Shown here one piece after another: positions 9,841 to 22,929 of a stretch of DNA of 64,000 bases (positions within the stretch are counted from its first letter, which is position 1; each line of letters starts with the position of its first letter). A program made the translations under genes and the position numbers. The notes below the pieces were generated by a model, which saw only the letters and a program-made list of their open reading frames with translations, was not told the DNA's origin and did not search any database. The stretch is from NCBI GenBank assembly GCA_964036045.1, contig OZ038378.1, positions 61,752,001 through 61,816,000 on the forward strand. The letters are read 5' to 3'. The DNA is from Eutreptiella sp. 'Long Island Sound 2002' (lineage: Eukaryota > Protista > Euglenida).

Positions 9841-12800
9841 GCAGCCCGTCTCGGGACGTCGCCGGGAAGCCCTTGCCCAAAACGCGACATCAGTCGTGGA
9901 ACAATGGCAGGGCTTTGGCCACTAGGGGCTCCACAAGCTGCAAAATGCCCCCTGCATGTGGCGGATGGCGTCATGGTCATCTGCAGGGTCACTGGGGTCG
10001 ATGGGCACCACCAGGCGCGACAGGCCCATGTGTAGGCCACCTCGGCCGTAATGCAGCTCTTGGACCTGCTCCAAGAGCTCCGCTTGAAAGCTCTCCAGCA
10101 TGTCGGGGAAAAAGACACCGTCAAGGCTAATCGATGTGAGTAGGCGAAAATCGGCAGCTTGAGGCGAAGGGTGCGCCCTGTCTTGGGGGTGAGGGAAAGC
10201 CTCTGCAGCTTGGAATGGTTGACGCGCAGGAGCGCCGTGTACGGATGGTCCCGCTGTGCCAACCACAAACGCCCGCACCGCAGTCTCCCCATCCGTGCCT
10301 GTAGCATGGTCCGGGGCATGGGCCGCTTGGAGCGCATCCCTGTCTACGGGGTGCCGGGAGTCCCCGTGCTCCGGCACCAAGCCCTCCAACGCCCACCACA
10401 TGCTGAGTATCGTGGCGTCAGGGGAGAGGTTAGCGTGAGCTAACCATCGAAGCGCTACCGGTGGCACCATCTGAGGCTGCAAGGGTGATTGACGGACGGC
10501 AGCTAGGGTTGGAGGCGGCACCGACATGGCCTGCATGTGCAACACTCATCATCAGCGACATGCAGAGTCCCATGGCCAAGCATGGGGATACATTCTGGTG
10601 CTTCGACCGCACTCCGAGCGTGCGACAGGGCAAGTCGGTTGTCCCTATGTAGCTGTGTTGCCAGTGGCTTGCACCGACAGTATGGCGGCTCTTCCGAAGG
10701 GGCATGCGGGACAAGGGAAGTAGCACGTGGTCGCAAACTACTTCTGCCTTATTGCCCACACCAAGGCAAGCAACATGTGGTCCTTCTTGGTGTACAGCGA
10801 GAGCACCGCCTTCAAGACCCTGAGGAGTCTGGCAAGGATGACAGGGTTGGATGTTGGCGTCTCCTTGGAGGTTCACAATGAAGTTGACGGGTGGTTGGAC
10901 TAAGTATCGGAAGCGGCAAGAATAGGGCCACTTGGGTGGGCGGTCGCACGTGAAGAAGGAGCGTGGCACCCAACCGTCGCCCCCGGACCACCCAATTGAC
11001 CCCACCATCGGAGCGCATTCCGGTAGAGCGGGCACCGGTACAGAAGCGTGCGGTTGCAGCAGCAGCAGTGACGCATTCCCCTAGCAAGCGTGGTGTGCAG
11101 CACAGCCCCATTTGTGGTTCTCGGGATGCGTTGGATGCAACTACCTTGGTTTCACAACTAGCACGTGTAATGAAGGGTGTGCTTCGGGAAACAATGAAAG
11201 AAATTGTACCGGACGTCGTCGAGAAAGCCGTGGCCTCGAGCAGCAAGACACGGGCAGAGCGGGCGGTGGACCAAGCGAACAAGAGGGAGTGTGAACCTAG
11301 GGACATCGTGCGACGGTAGAAGGCAACTATGAGTGGACTGCGAGCACAAGTGGGTGAATGGCAGGAGCAGTTGAAGGCTGAGAGGCACAAGGCAAGCAAG
11401 CAGTTGCAGACAAGGTGCGGGCACGGGTGCTCCTGCAAGAGAAGGCTGCACAGTGTGACCGGGCATTCAGCATCCTCAACAGGACCTATGGCCAAGGCAA
11501 CAGCCCCGCCAAGTAAGTAGCATCACTGGCGCGCGAGATCCGGCGTGGTAAGACCGACAGAAACTTGAAAAGGGAATTGTGTCCCGTGGGTTGTAGTACA
11601 AGTGTGTTGTGACTAGGCCATTCCCTAGAGTTTCACGCATGCGCATGCCCGTATTCGTGTGCGATTGCGGTAACGACTATGGGCCGCAGTTCACAACGAG
11701 CCACTTTTTTTGGGTGTGCCCCCTAGGGTCACGGCCGCAGCTGCTACCGCCAGCACCCGCTGCTCCAGCCAAACCTCTTGCCACCGGAATCGGCAGGACA
11801 ATGGATGGCCGCCATGAAGATGTGGTCCCCGAACTACAGATCGCACTCAAGGATGAGGTGGGTGCTCAGCCCGGGCAAGAGTTGGCGGTCGGCCCCAACC
11901 CAGGGGGTCCCAAGACTAAGAGGCACCCCATCAAGATGGCGTTCGGAGCCCGCCTGTCCCACCACGTTGGTGGGCTGGCCAGGTGGGTACGGGCGGCGGA
12001 ACCCTGCCCACAGGCCCCGGGCGACCAGTGGCTGGGGGGGGTAGCCGCCACGGGCCAATGCACTTGTTAAGGTCCGCAGCCAACACACACACGTGGGCCC
12101 TTAGCATCTGCAAAAAAAGTTGTTGCGTCGCCTACGATGGCGCGGCGCTGAGCAACCGGTAGCGCTGGTAGAAGGTGCGGGGTTATGGTGGTTATGGACA
12201 CACCTCGCGATGGGTCCACTTTCACTTACATAGGCTGCTAGCACGGGTGGGCCTTGACCTGGGCTCCTGAGACCACCCGCTGGTGGAGCATATCTGTCCG
12301 GGCCCCCATAGCGAGCAGCGGCCCGTCTTTGACGGTGTACGGGTGGCTTGGGAGCCACGCCGGTGTGCACATCGGGTCAAGCTCCTCCAGGTGGACGACG
12401 TCGGGCTCAGCACACGCAAAATAGGCTATGAGCCGCGGCACTTGGTGTGGGTCGGTGCCCAACCTGCCGCAAATGACGGTGGTGACCCAAAGGCACTCCA
12501 TGTTGCTGGGACCACGCTTCTGGTGCTCCAGCAGGCCCGTGTGCAAGCGTGTGTACCATGATGCATAGGCTTCCGGAAGGCCCGGCTTGGGGGCCATTGG
12601 CTCGCATTGCAAGCCCTATGTTGGGCACACTGGTAATGCCCGACTTACGTCGCGCCCCATGACTTGCACCATGCTCCAGCCGGACATGCCTCTGTCGCCA
12701 GTGATGAGGGCTCTAGGTAGCTCCACAGCACGTCGGCGCGAGGTCGGTCCGCGGGGGGGTTTCGTTGGAGCCCGAACCCATCCACACGCCAAATGACCGA

Positions 12801-15540
12801 AGGCAGCGCCTTGCAGGCAATTCATGTACGGCGCCGGCCCCGTTAGAGCATCCGCTAGCGCCCCGTGCAGCTCACTGTGATCGCCGCTGTCGTAGGCCAA
12901 GACCCCCGCCAAGGTGGGCGGGGGGCTGGAGTCATCCTCCCGCCACGTGCAGGGCACCACTTTGTCTGCCAGCAGCGAGAGGGAGGGACGTTTGGCGCCG
13001 GAGTGGCCCGAGAAGCAGTGCAGTAGTTGCACCTAGCTGTGTGGTATCCCAGGGAGGGAAGTAGCAGGAACCCCCCCCCCCCCAATAGTGAATATGCCCC
13101 CCCCTTGAAATAGCAAAACAAGCATCATAGGCCGTCTGGACAACAAAAACATCGGAGGGCCGCGTGTGGATTTCTTGCTTCACCATCTACCCAAGCTTGG
13201 TGTCACGGTCCTGACCACATACTGAGTACGTGCCGACCGCTTCCTGATTGCCTTGCACATCATAAAGGTGTTGCTCAATGGGGACAATGACCATACTTGC
13301 CGATCAAAAACGACTTCCTGATTGCACTTCTCGAGGGATTTGCTGATTCTGTTTTTGCGTCGATGTGCGCAATCCCGTGCCATGCTACCTCGCCCGTGAA
13401 ACAAGCACTGGCACCTGTTCTGTCTGCCCTACCAACCACCCCTTTTATTTGCACGCATTTACACGCAAAAAGAACTCCTAATGGTACAAGTCACCTTTCA
13501 ATGCTCTTCATATTATGCCAATTGCGCCCACCATCGCTCACTGACTGTCATCCGCCACGAAGCCCACTGGCACCCACACAATCTCCCCGGGGCAGGGGGA
13601 CAAGGAGGACATGGCCGAAATGGTCAAACTTCCCAAACGTGTGACTTTTCAACACAGCACGAGTGTTGGCCGCATCTTCGCCAAGCGTTCGGTGTTGATG
13701 GACTTGCATCCGTGGATAGTGTCCGACTTCTTGCTCTCGGTGTCCCATGGCAACCCCACGCTGAAGACGGTGGTCCTCAAGTTGAACAATGCCAACATCG
13801 CGAAAGTTCGTGCTAGAGTCGATCCGGATATTCCAAAGGGGGAGCATAACAAGTCGGACACTAGGTACTACATTGGTCAAGGGGACGGAGACACATTGTT
13901 GTTCGCAGGTGGGTAGCTATCAGCGTCGGAGACGCAAGCTCGCAGATTCACCAAGACACGACTACCGCATCAAGAACGTGTCTTGCTTGCCAGGCACAAG
14001 AAGTTGTAGCCGGTGCAATCACTACCGACATGGGATCCTACTGCCTTCCAGGACTCTGTTGAGGGGGTCGCCCCACGAGTGCATGCTTCCCGGACCATTG
14101 TGAGCATCCCCTTGCAGTGTCCCTTTCCACGGCCTAGCGACGGAGACCCGGTTGTTATTGGGCAGGACGTTTTGTGTACAACACTAATCCCTCCAAGTTG
14201 GACAAGTACGGGTATTACTTCTTCGAGAAGGTGATCCCTTTGAACATGTTGGACGCCGTGGTGGGAGATGTATCCACCTTTTTGATGGACTAGTGGGGCC
14301 CTGTTTTCCAGAAGTAGCCGGGTGTGAACCGAGGACTTGATGTTGGTGATCGCAGTATTTGAGTGCCTGACTGCCGCAAAGAAAAGCCGACACCCATTAC
14401 TCGAAGATCATGCACCACCACCTTCCTGTGCACATTTTCACACGTGCCCGCAGCGATAGACATACAACCCCTCCTTAACTAACCTCGCTGGCCATCCGCA
14501 CATCAAAGCTCTGTTGACACCCAAAATGGGGGTGTGCACGGGAGCCATATCCCACGGCCATACGGCTGCTTGCTCACCACCACGTACTGTTGTAATGCCC
14601 CCAAAGTGCGGGTGCACGGGCACGATGGTACCCCGATGAGAGGCCATCAACATCACAAAGGTCTCAGTGGCGGCCGGGTGCTCGGCGTCGTGAACCAAAT
14701 CCGGCACAGGGCACTCTGTTGCCTTGACTGTTGGGAGCAGTAGCACACAACGGGGATGGTGGTTCCTCGGCAGGGGGTGCACGAGGTACATCACACCAGT
14801 GTCCATGGGCTTGTACCATGTGATCCCACAGTCCATGCGGAGTTACTCATCTCGTGTCAAGGTATCACGGTACGCTTAGTGTGGTTGTATTGTCTCACAC
14901 GCAAAGCACCATGCCGCGGCATGGTCGTTGCACAGGGGGCTTGTGTTGCATTCGAAGCACTTCTTGATTGAGTAATGCGGCTATGCAGACACTAGTGAAT
15001 GCTTCTCAAACTCCTGGACTGGGACATGGATGCCATCGGTACATTGATGCGTCACCGGAAAGTTGGCCAAAGCGAGGAATCACAATTTGCGCCATGAGTT
15101 GGAAGGAAGCGACAAGGGCACTGCTCCACCACAATGAATGATGTCGAAATACAACACCACGAAATCTCCACGGCGCAAGTTGGTCGTCACCAAATGTCAA
15201 AGCCGAGGAAGCCCACCTCGGCTGCCCTGGAGGATGATCGCGTCGGGCCCATCGCTCGCATGGAGGTCACAGTTCGTCACATAGAACATGGTCATCGCGG
15301 AGCAGCCTGTGGGAATCTTGTGCAGGTCCCGATGCACACTGTAATGTTCCCTTGAGTACCCACATGCGGATGGCACATCAAAAGCGTGTTGCAGATCAAG
15401 ATGTGTGGTCACGATGGGTTTGTAGATTAGGAACCGCTTGCGGATTGTGGATGCTCATTGGGGTTGCAAGCCAGCAACAGTCAGAAGACTGTACTTCCGG
15501 CTTGGGTCACTGACGTCTGTTGCTTGCATAACGCCATGAC

Positions 15541-16823
15541 ATGGCAGGATCCACTAGCAGCGAACTAGAGGATGCCCCACAGGCGGACATGCGCCCAACC
15601 ACTGTGCTCCGAGGGATCAACGATGGAGTGGACAAGTATTGGGAGAGGACGGCGCGGGACCTCCTCATGATTGACAGTGTGGCGGAAGCCTTCATGGGTG
15701 GCGGCAACACGTTGTGGTTCACAACCGCAACGATGAGGTGCAAGTTGAAGGCACACAAGATCCAGTTGCTGCAGGTCCATCTGCCTATGGTTGTGGCCTC
15801 GACGGATTTTGAGGGGAGGAAAACTTGGACGTTCACGGTGTATGGGAGCACCATAGGTGGCAAGTATGAGCACATCATGTAGGAGAATGGGTTGGCTGTT
15901 CGGAAGGGAGGTACATGGTTCTTGGCGGTGGTCCGGATTGGCGGTGGTTGTGCCACCCTAGGGGCTGTACGGTACACGGACCACAAGGTTGCCTAGTACG
16001 TTGGACGGAAGGAGAAGCGGATACTTGGTGGTAGTACCCACGTTAAAATGGAGGAGAGCTGCGGGGATGAAGAGCGGCCTCAATAGGAGAGGCTGAAGAA
16101 GGATGTGGGGCGCAAGGGCAAGAACAACCTGGATTGGTGTTGGTGCGGGCCATTCGTCAAAGGACACTAACACAGTTGTGGAGGAGCGTGGAAATGCTGT
16201 TTCCAATGTGGCCAATGAGGCGTACACATAAGCTTATTTCAGAATGCTCAAGCCCAAGGGCGTGGGGGCAAATGTAATTCCATTGGAAGCGAACCAAGAG
16301 CCTTCGGGACAAGATTGAGCAATAAAAGGGTATTGAGGCGTGTGAACAAACCGTGTAAACGGAGCTAGCAAACAAGTACGCACAGAATGCTAGGCAAGTG
16401 GCCTAGCTTATAGCCGACAATGAGGTTGCGCAGTGAGAACGACACTACACACGGGGCAGCTCGAAGGCGGACACGGGGGTCAAAAAGCTTTGGGCACTCG
16501 TCAATGCGCGCACATCCGAGTCCCAATCCCACTCCGAGTCCCGGCGCTCATGGAGCACCTTGTTTCATCCCCGTCAAAAGGAAGTCCGCCGAAGTGCACC
16601 TGCTTAGCCCGGTTCCGCGGAGGCTTTTAACATGGTGTGCGGACGTAAAAACGGTGGTGCGCATATTTTACGGTCGGCCACGTGTACGTGTCGTGCACCG
16701 AGGTATCTTGCGGCGGCGTGGTGTAGCGTGTTGCGCACCACGCCACACGGCATGTGCACAAACCACATGATGCACTGCGAGGCGAGCAGCCAGGCTGCTT
16801 TATCATACACAAAACTCCTATGA
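15541..16823 (+). pseudogene. Putative MULE-like transposase relic, copy 2, with SWIM-like finger
   Basis: Same as copy 1 plus the C-terminal ATCTCRAPRYLAAAW...GMCTNHMMHC (ORF 16632-16823), which resembles a SWIM CxC..C..H finger. Confidence 0.4.
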
Positions 16824-19041
16824 ATTCTGATTTCCTATCACAGCAAGGGTGTTCTCCCTGGTATTTGGCACTTTTGTGCTGCCGTCATGGGGATTTCAAA
16901 GAAGCGGACGCCCATGTGTGATGTTGGATTGGGACCTGCTATTTGGAGGCTAGAGCATAATGGACCCAGCACAATAGTGTGGTTGAGAATGCAATAAGAC
17001 CTTTCTGGGTGTAGTGCGATGTCAAAGAGACATCCGCCACGCATAAAATAGAGACACAAACCACCCCCCCCCCCTGGCTGCTATAACCCCCCCCCCCCCT
17101 TGACCCAAAGCATGTCAACGCCGTCGGGCGAACTTTCAGCCACAACAAAGCAAGGGTGCAGGCAGTGGGGTGGACTCCCGGTGGGGGCGACAATAAGCTG
17201 GGGTAATATTTGCGGGCCCCCACCCCCGTAGCCGCCCACCCCTACCTTCTGCCCCCTGCTTCACCCCTCCATGTCTGCAAGCCAAAAGAATGGTAGGTCA
17301 ACTCACGTGCGGTTGAGGCAATGTATACCCGGGGCCCCGGTTCGGCTCGACTCTAACCCACACATCGCCAAACATGGGGCGCCTTGCGAGCAGCGGGGCA
17401 TGCGACTGGCCCCTCTATCGCTGCCAGCAAGCGCGCACGCAGTTGGCAGTGCAGCCGCTAGACCCAGCAGGAGGTGAAGCTCTCCGCTAGCCCGCCTGCA
17501 GCCTCCACAGGAGCCACCAAAAGGGGAGGGGAGAGAGGTGGGGGGAGACACCCAAAGTTTGCGGCGGCGACAGGTACCCAGCCATGCCGGGTTTGCCCCC
17601 CCCCCCCCCCGGTTAAAACCCCCAACCACCATTGCGCCCGGGGAGGGGGCGCGAATCCATTGCTATGTTGTTGTTGCGATACAAAGAAGGCACCGGACCC
17701 ATGCCCTTGGGTACTTCCCCGCCACTTATTCTAGGGACGAGCGGGGCAGCCGAGTCTCGTGGTGGTGCAGTGCTGAGTGGTAGGCGGGCTCCCCACCACT
17801 CAAAAGTAGCCTTCCCCAGCAGAGCATAACCTTAGCCCCCGGAGCAAACAACGACCTCGGTGGTGGTGCCGTGCTGCTTGCATGGGCCTCGGCACAACTG
17901 CCGCACTGGCAGCAAATGGCCGCACGCACAAGGAAGCCAAAGGGCTGTGGCGGTCAAAGCTGTGCACGATGCTTGCCGCAACCTTTGCACTGTCTGTTCC
18001 CGCGAGCGGAGTGCGGTGCTCCGTGGGCTTGGTGCCGGCTCCTAGCATGCACGGAACGGAGTACTCCACGGAGAAATCTTATTGTTTAATTGATGCACCG
18101 CTTTGAAATGGGACCTGCTAGCTGGTTATGCAAAATGACTTCCGCTAAGGCACAACAGAGTACTATGGTGTATGATCTAACTACTCTACCTAGTGCCCTC
18201 CGCAAGCCCTTGATGAGCCTGCCAAGTCCGGGAGTCCCGGGTGCCCTGCTGCTGCACACCCGGGGAGGGTTGTGCTTTAACAGAAAATGTGAGGGCCCAC
18301 CTCCGAAAAACCTCTCACCCCATCCGCAAAAACCACTCCCCAGGCGCATCTGTCCTTTTGGCACATGTTACAGCACAGAGCACCGAGCGGCTGCTATAAT
18401 GGCACGGGGCTCGAGAACTTTGGCAGCGACCAGCACAAGGTCAACCTCAACCCCCCTCCCCCCCCCCCCCCGGCTTGTGCGGAGCACACCACACATGTCG
18501 CTCAAACGCAAAGCATAGAATTTTTATTTTGGGACCGAAAATCTTGGCATGATTCCAAGCGTTGCTGAAGATCGACGTGTAAACTTTCCAGGCGACATGC
18601 CAAGCAATCACTCCTGGAATCCCCAAGAATGCAAAAATATCGGAAGCGTTTTTCCGACCGAAACCCCGACCGAAACCCCAACCAAAACCCCGGCCGAAGC
18701 CGGGAGGGAGCCTTCCGAAATCCCTAGGGATGAAGAAAAATCGTAAGCGTTTTCGGGGGCGATTTCCGACCACAACGCCGAGGATTAAGAAACAATCGAC
18801 CCCGCCCCACCACACACGTATTTGCGCATTTTTGGGCAATTTGACCCATATAAAGTGAGGACATGTACAATGCTCCGCCACTCCTCAAAGAGAAGCTACC
18901 CCGGCTACCATGGCCAGGCGTGGCCAATCACAAGCCCCCGATCCTGGGGCTCATTCACGGAGCGCCGGGTTCCCCCCCACCCCCAGGGCCAACCCCCACC
19001 CCCCGGTTAGCCCGGTTAGCCCCCCTTCGCGAACATCACAG

Positions 19042-19518
19042 TCAACGTTGTTCCTTGCCCTCTTGTTTAAGTGCCGCCTCCGTGTCTGTCGGAAAAAAAT
19101 CCCCCTCACTCAAGAGATGAGGTACTTGGGAAAAACTGGATTCTGCATCAACATCAATGGCGGGGGGAGGCAGTGCCCGAGTTGCGCATTGGCTTGGGTG
19201 CACTCCTGTCCGGCGAAATTTTTTCTTAGCTCGTGGAGGAGCAGCGGCTGCCTCCACATCGCAACTGCTAACGGTGATGGCATTGCTTGTTGCATCATTG
19301 CCACTACTACTCACACTGCCACTGCCACTGCCACTGCCACTGCCACTGCCACTGCCACCGTCACTCCCACTACCAGTGCATGACCCTGCATCTGACTCGG
19401 GATCAGGCCCTGCTGAATCCTCATCATCAACCACGATGCGCCGGTGCAACTTCGCTGCTCGTGCAGGCTGGGTGCGTTGGGTGGAACCCTCTGCCCCGGA
19501 TACATCGCGTGGTGGCAT
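19042..19518 (-). CDS. Low-complexity Gly/Ser/acidic ORF inside the CAC element, unknown function
   Basis: 158-aa ORF; an (ACTGCC)n tract encodes (GS)n; basic cluster PPRAKKKFRR. Confidence 0.4.
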   Translation of the reverse strand: MPPRDVSGAEGSTQRTQPARAAKLHRRIVVDDEDSAGPDPESDAGSCTGSGSDGGSGSGSGSGSGSGSVSSSGNDATSNAITVSSCDVEAAAAPPRAKKKFRRTGVHPSQCATRALPPPAIDVDAESSFSQVPHLLSEGDFFPTDTEAALKQEGKEQR

Positions 19519-19549
19519 GTACTATGCCGACGAGTCGACTTGGGTTGGG

Positions 19550-20662
19550 TCAGGTACAATTGCCACGGCCAGACGAGCGGGGCACAACAACAACCCTCCC
19601 TTTTTTTCGCTCCTGTCTGCGTGCCTTGGCCTCTGCCTTGCGTTGGCTGCGGGGCAGAAAAGCCCCGACAGCAACGTACGAAAAAATGGGCCACCCGTGC
19701 AGGATTTCAATGCTAAATGCAATCCACTGGCGTACCCCACTGCGTTCTGTGCCACAGCGCCCGCAGAGTGTGGGGCTGCGCAGATCCTTCCCCTGGAGGG
19801 GGTTTGACCAGTAAGGTGTGTCAACCAGCCACTGGACAGCCCGCTGCGCCGCATAGGCACAATTTGTGCCCATGGTATGCTTGCGGTCAGAGACCACGCG
19901 CACAGTGTGGCCTTCGTCGCGAAGGCTGGTGGCCACTACTGCGGTCTGTGGGCCACCAGCCAGATCTGCAAGCACAATACTATAAATGGTGCGCTCACGA
20001 GACCGTGGTCGCCCAGCCCTGGGGAGAGCACTGCTTGACGCACCATGTGCACGCTTTGCCGCACTTTGCTCTGCGGAGGGCGACGCTGCACGTTTCTTGA
20101 CTCTCTCCAACCCAATAACCCACGCATGAGCCTGCACCCTCGGCCCTTCCTTAACCTTAACCCCCGTAATTGCCCGTTCCACCAGCTGCCGTTGCAGCGG
20201 CTTTAGGCTCGGCAGCTGCAAGGCGCGAAAATACCCATCCCTGTGGCCCCCCCGCCGCCTGTACTGCTTAAACCCCTTATCAATCTCTGCTTGCAGCTGC
20301 TTCACCTCCTTACACACCTTGGCGTACTGGATCTTGAGATCCTGGTCGTTGGCCCGCCCCTTTCCCTTTTGCTTCGCACGCTGCACCATCCCACGAACAA
20401 TTTGCCCCTGTTGTTGCACGTGTTGCGGCACTTTGTCGTTGCTCAGGGCCTCCCTAACTTTTCCCCCGGCGTGGAGCAAAACCAGCTTGTGGGGGGCCGC
20501 GTCCCAGCCGAGGGACTGCAGCCAGCCGCCCCTTGTCCCCCTTCTCGAACACCATACGCCCGACAGCCTTGGCAGGGCTGCTGGTGGGGCGGACAACGAC
20601 CCGCACCGACTTCCCCCCATGCCCGAGCGTCTCAAAACCCCCATTGGCTGCACGCCAGCCAT
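19550..20662 (-). CDS. 370-aa ORF inside the CAC element: coiled coil plus possible Cys-protease-like motif
   Basis: Open frame with helical segment DLKIQYAKVCKEVKQLQAEIDKG and HTMGTNCAYAAQRAVQWL. Confidence 0.45.
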   Translation of the reverse strand: MAGVQPMGVLRRSGMGGSRCGSLSAPPAALPRLSGVWCSRRGTRGGWLQSLGWDAAPHKLVLLHAGGKVREALSNDKVPQHVQQQGQIVRGMVQRAKQKGKGRANDQDLKIQYAKVCKEVKQLQAEIDKGFKQYRRRGGHRDGYFRALQLPSLKPLQRQLVERAITGVKVKEGPRVQAHAWVIGLERVKKRAASPSAEQSAAKRAHGASSSALPRAGRPRSRERTIYSIVLADLAGGPQTAVVATSLRDEGHTVRVVSDRKHTMGTNCAYAAQRAVQWLVDTPYWSNPLQGKDLRSPTLCGRCGTERSGVRQWIAFSIEILHGWPIFSYVAVGAFLPRSQRKAEAKARRQERKKGRVVVVPRSSGRGNCT

Positions 20663-21343
20663 GAAGCAAGGGTTGCAAATCAGAGGTCATTGTGGAGAGT
20701 TAGTCTGGAGAGACAGCACTGAAGGTACACTGAAACACGAACACTGGCAGCACTGGCATACAGCAAGCGAAACATTAAGTGCATTCACCATGTACGAGTC
20801 CATGTACGATTATGCTACACGCATATGGAACCACGCGCACAGAAAATTGAAGACCACTAATTGCGTGCAATGCGCGAACAGCGGCACGGTATGGGAGGCA
20901 TTCACAGCATAGCATGCCCTTTACCCATTACCCATTGCCATCTTGAAGTGGCGCTCGAGCAAGGTCCTCATCTGCAAAGCGAGTGGTGGCCTAAGTCATT
21001 CCCCATGCCCCACAGCGACACGACAATCCGCCGCTTCTTTGGGGGGGGGGGGGGGGGGCAACGGCAAGTGCCGGTCGAGGCTGCAGCTGGAACGCAACCC
21101 CCAGAGGAAACCGCGTGCCTCGTACTGGGGGGTTTTGCCCACATTGAAGAATTGCCCCTTTGGGGCATCCACATACCGCACATACTCCCCCGCGGGCACT
21201 TCGTCCGCACTGGTCACCTTCTCGTCGGCCGCGGCCTCACCCCCGGCCTCAACCCCATCCCCGTCATCCGCAACACCAACATGAGGCATATGCAGGCACA
21301 CAATTTTGCACTGCGTAGGCGACAGTACGGTTGCGGACGGATG

Positions 21344-21982
21344 CTAGCAAAAAGCATCGTTGATAAGTACACGATGACCGCGGAAGGGCCTTGTCATGAA
21401 GAGCAGGGCAGGGAACGGTGGCCGATTCCGTGCTGTGTGCTCCTTGAATGGCGAGTAATATTGCAAGTTTCTGAACCACTCCACCACCATGGCATGGTCA
21501 AAGTTGAGGGTTGGTAGCACAGCTTTGTTGTCATTGTTGTTGCTCAGGAACAACCAATCCTCATAGGCCTCACGATCCTCCTCAGTAACGGGGCCAGGCC
21601 ATTTCTCGGGGGGAATCCGGTCATCGACCGGGAAGGCACGGACCGCCAGATTCCTGTAGGCCGTCCCGCCCATGGTCTCATGTTTGGAGGGGGATGTGTC
21701 CCCCACACAGGAATTTGTTGTTTTGGCCTTGATGTTGAAGCGTTTGCTGAGGGCCATGTAAAAGACAGTATTCCGTGCATTCAGTTGCAGATTGGACGGG
21801 AAGAGTCGCTCCAAAAGGCACTTAAACATGTTCGGCACTACGTGGCTCTGCGTGCGGTGCACTACGCAGTATTTGGCCAGAATTCGCTGTAACCGTATCT
21901 GGATCACTGTGGCACTGGGAGTTTCCTCGTGGATACTATCTGCGTCTACCACGGAACAGACGACGGGCGGAGGGGGCCTCAA
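21344..21982 (-). CDS. 212-aa ORF with a winged-helix-like (RFX / D5 C-terminal type) segment
   Basis: LAKYCVV...NTVFYMALSKRFNIKAK...GGTAYRNLAVR pattern; coding-like composition; likely continues in the 20996-21301 ORF. Confidence 0.4.
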   Translation of the reverse strand: MRPPPPVVCSVVDADSIHEETPSATVIQIRLQRILAKYCVVHRTQSHVVPNMFKCLLERLFPSNLQLNARNTVFYMALSKRFNIKAKTTNSCVGDTSPSKHETMGGTAYRNLAVRAFPVDDRIPPEKWPGPVTEEDREAYEDWLFLSNNNDNKAVLPTLNFDHAMVVEWFRNLQYYSPFKEHTARNRPPFPALLFMTRPFRGHRVLINDAFC

Positions 21983-22071
21983 CAGCAGCAGCAGCAGCAG
22001 ACATTGGGGGAAGACGGGCGACGGACGAATCTACGAGGTGCAGACAAACGGATGCACTGACAAGAACAAAC

Positions 22072-22929
22072 CTATGCACGACGAACATAGGTGCGAGGGT
22101 GCTTCACCGGCGGAGCCGTATTACGCCGGGCGTAAGGGTACCAGCGGTTGGAGGGTTGTGTGGGCCGGGCGTGAGGTTGCCAGCGATTGGTGGATTGTGT
22201 GGCACGCTTTGGTTGGGGCCTTGGTGGGTGCAACACCCCGCGCTGCATCTGCGTTAGTGAGAGGTTTCCATCGTAGCACCGCGTTGGAGACAAGGTGCAA
22301 CGCACCGTGCGCACAGGAGGTCGCACGCAGGGGTGTTGTGTGTGTGTGTGGGGGGGGGGGGGGGCATCCGCAAGAGGGAGCAAGGAGGTCTGTCTGTGGG
22401 CCAACACCTCGAGCAACGTGGTTTGGCCATAGGGCAAGGGGGGCAAGCTGATGGAAGCGGGCATAAGACTGGTGGGGCGGGGCTTTGGTGGTTGTGTCGC
22501 CGAAGCTATGAGCCTGGCGCGCTCCAGCGAACGGGACACGAAGTGGGATCGACTTACCCTCTCGCCACGTTGCCATGTTTGCACGTGGCCGCGGCTGCTC
22601 ACGGCGGACAAGTAACGTGACCAACCCATGTCAAACCTACTGTTCAGCTCGCCCAAGGGTAGGCGGAGGAGCTGTTCTGTGCGGGGGGTCAGTGGATCGG
22701 TGACAGCGGCCAGTGGCGGGGTCGGGAAATTGGAGGGGACTATCTTCCTTGGGGGGCTCGTTGGCATTTTAGCGGGATGTGGTGTGAAGGAGGGGATTGG
22801 TGATGCGGGTGTGAGCGGGGGCGGTGGGGGGAATGGGGGTGATGTGGGTGTGGGAGGGGCTGTCAGAATGGGGGGCTGCGGGGATTGCAACTGGCTGAGG
22901 TTGCGCTCTGCGTCTCAATTCCATGGGGA
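22072..22929 (-). pseudogene. 3' part of a Pro-rich ORF split by the nested TIR element; 5' part at 25501-25595 (MAWIFEPTLPSEEGAGWGDLLELLEFWDYPPSP)
   Basis: Removing 22930-25500 plus one GA joins the two parts in frame (DYPPSPWN*DAERNLSQLQSPQPP), with one stop. Confidence 0.6.

Larger units (their letters stand above)
2965..16720. repeat. Direct tandem duplication of a ~6.88-kb unit (2965-9840; 9841-16720)
   Basis: ORF pairs recur at offsets of 6870-6880; CGTGG occurs at all three junctions (2961, 9837, 16717); copies differ by scattered SNPs and small indels. Confidence 0.95.

Noticed and set aside
17200-18480. Further TsaD exons near the GTGAGT donor at ~17305
   Set aside because: Translations in all three minus frames show no TsaD motif.
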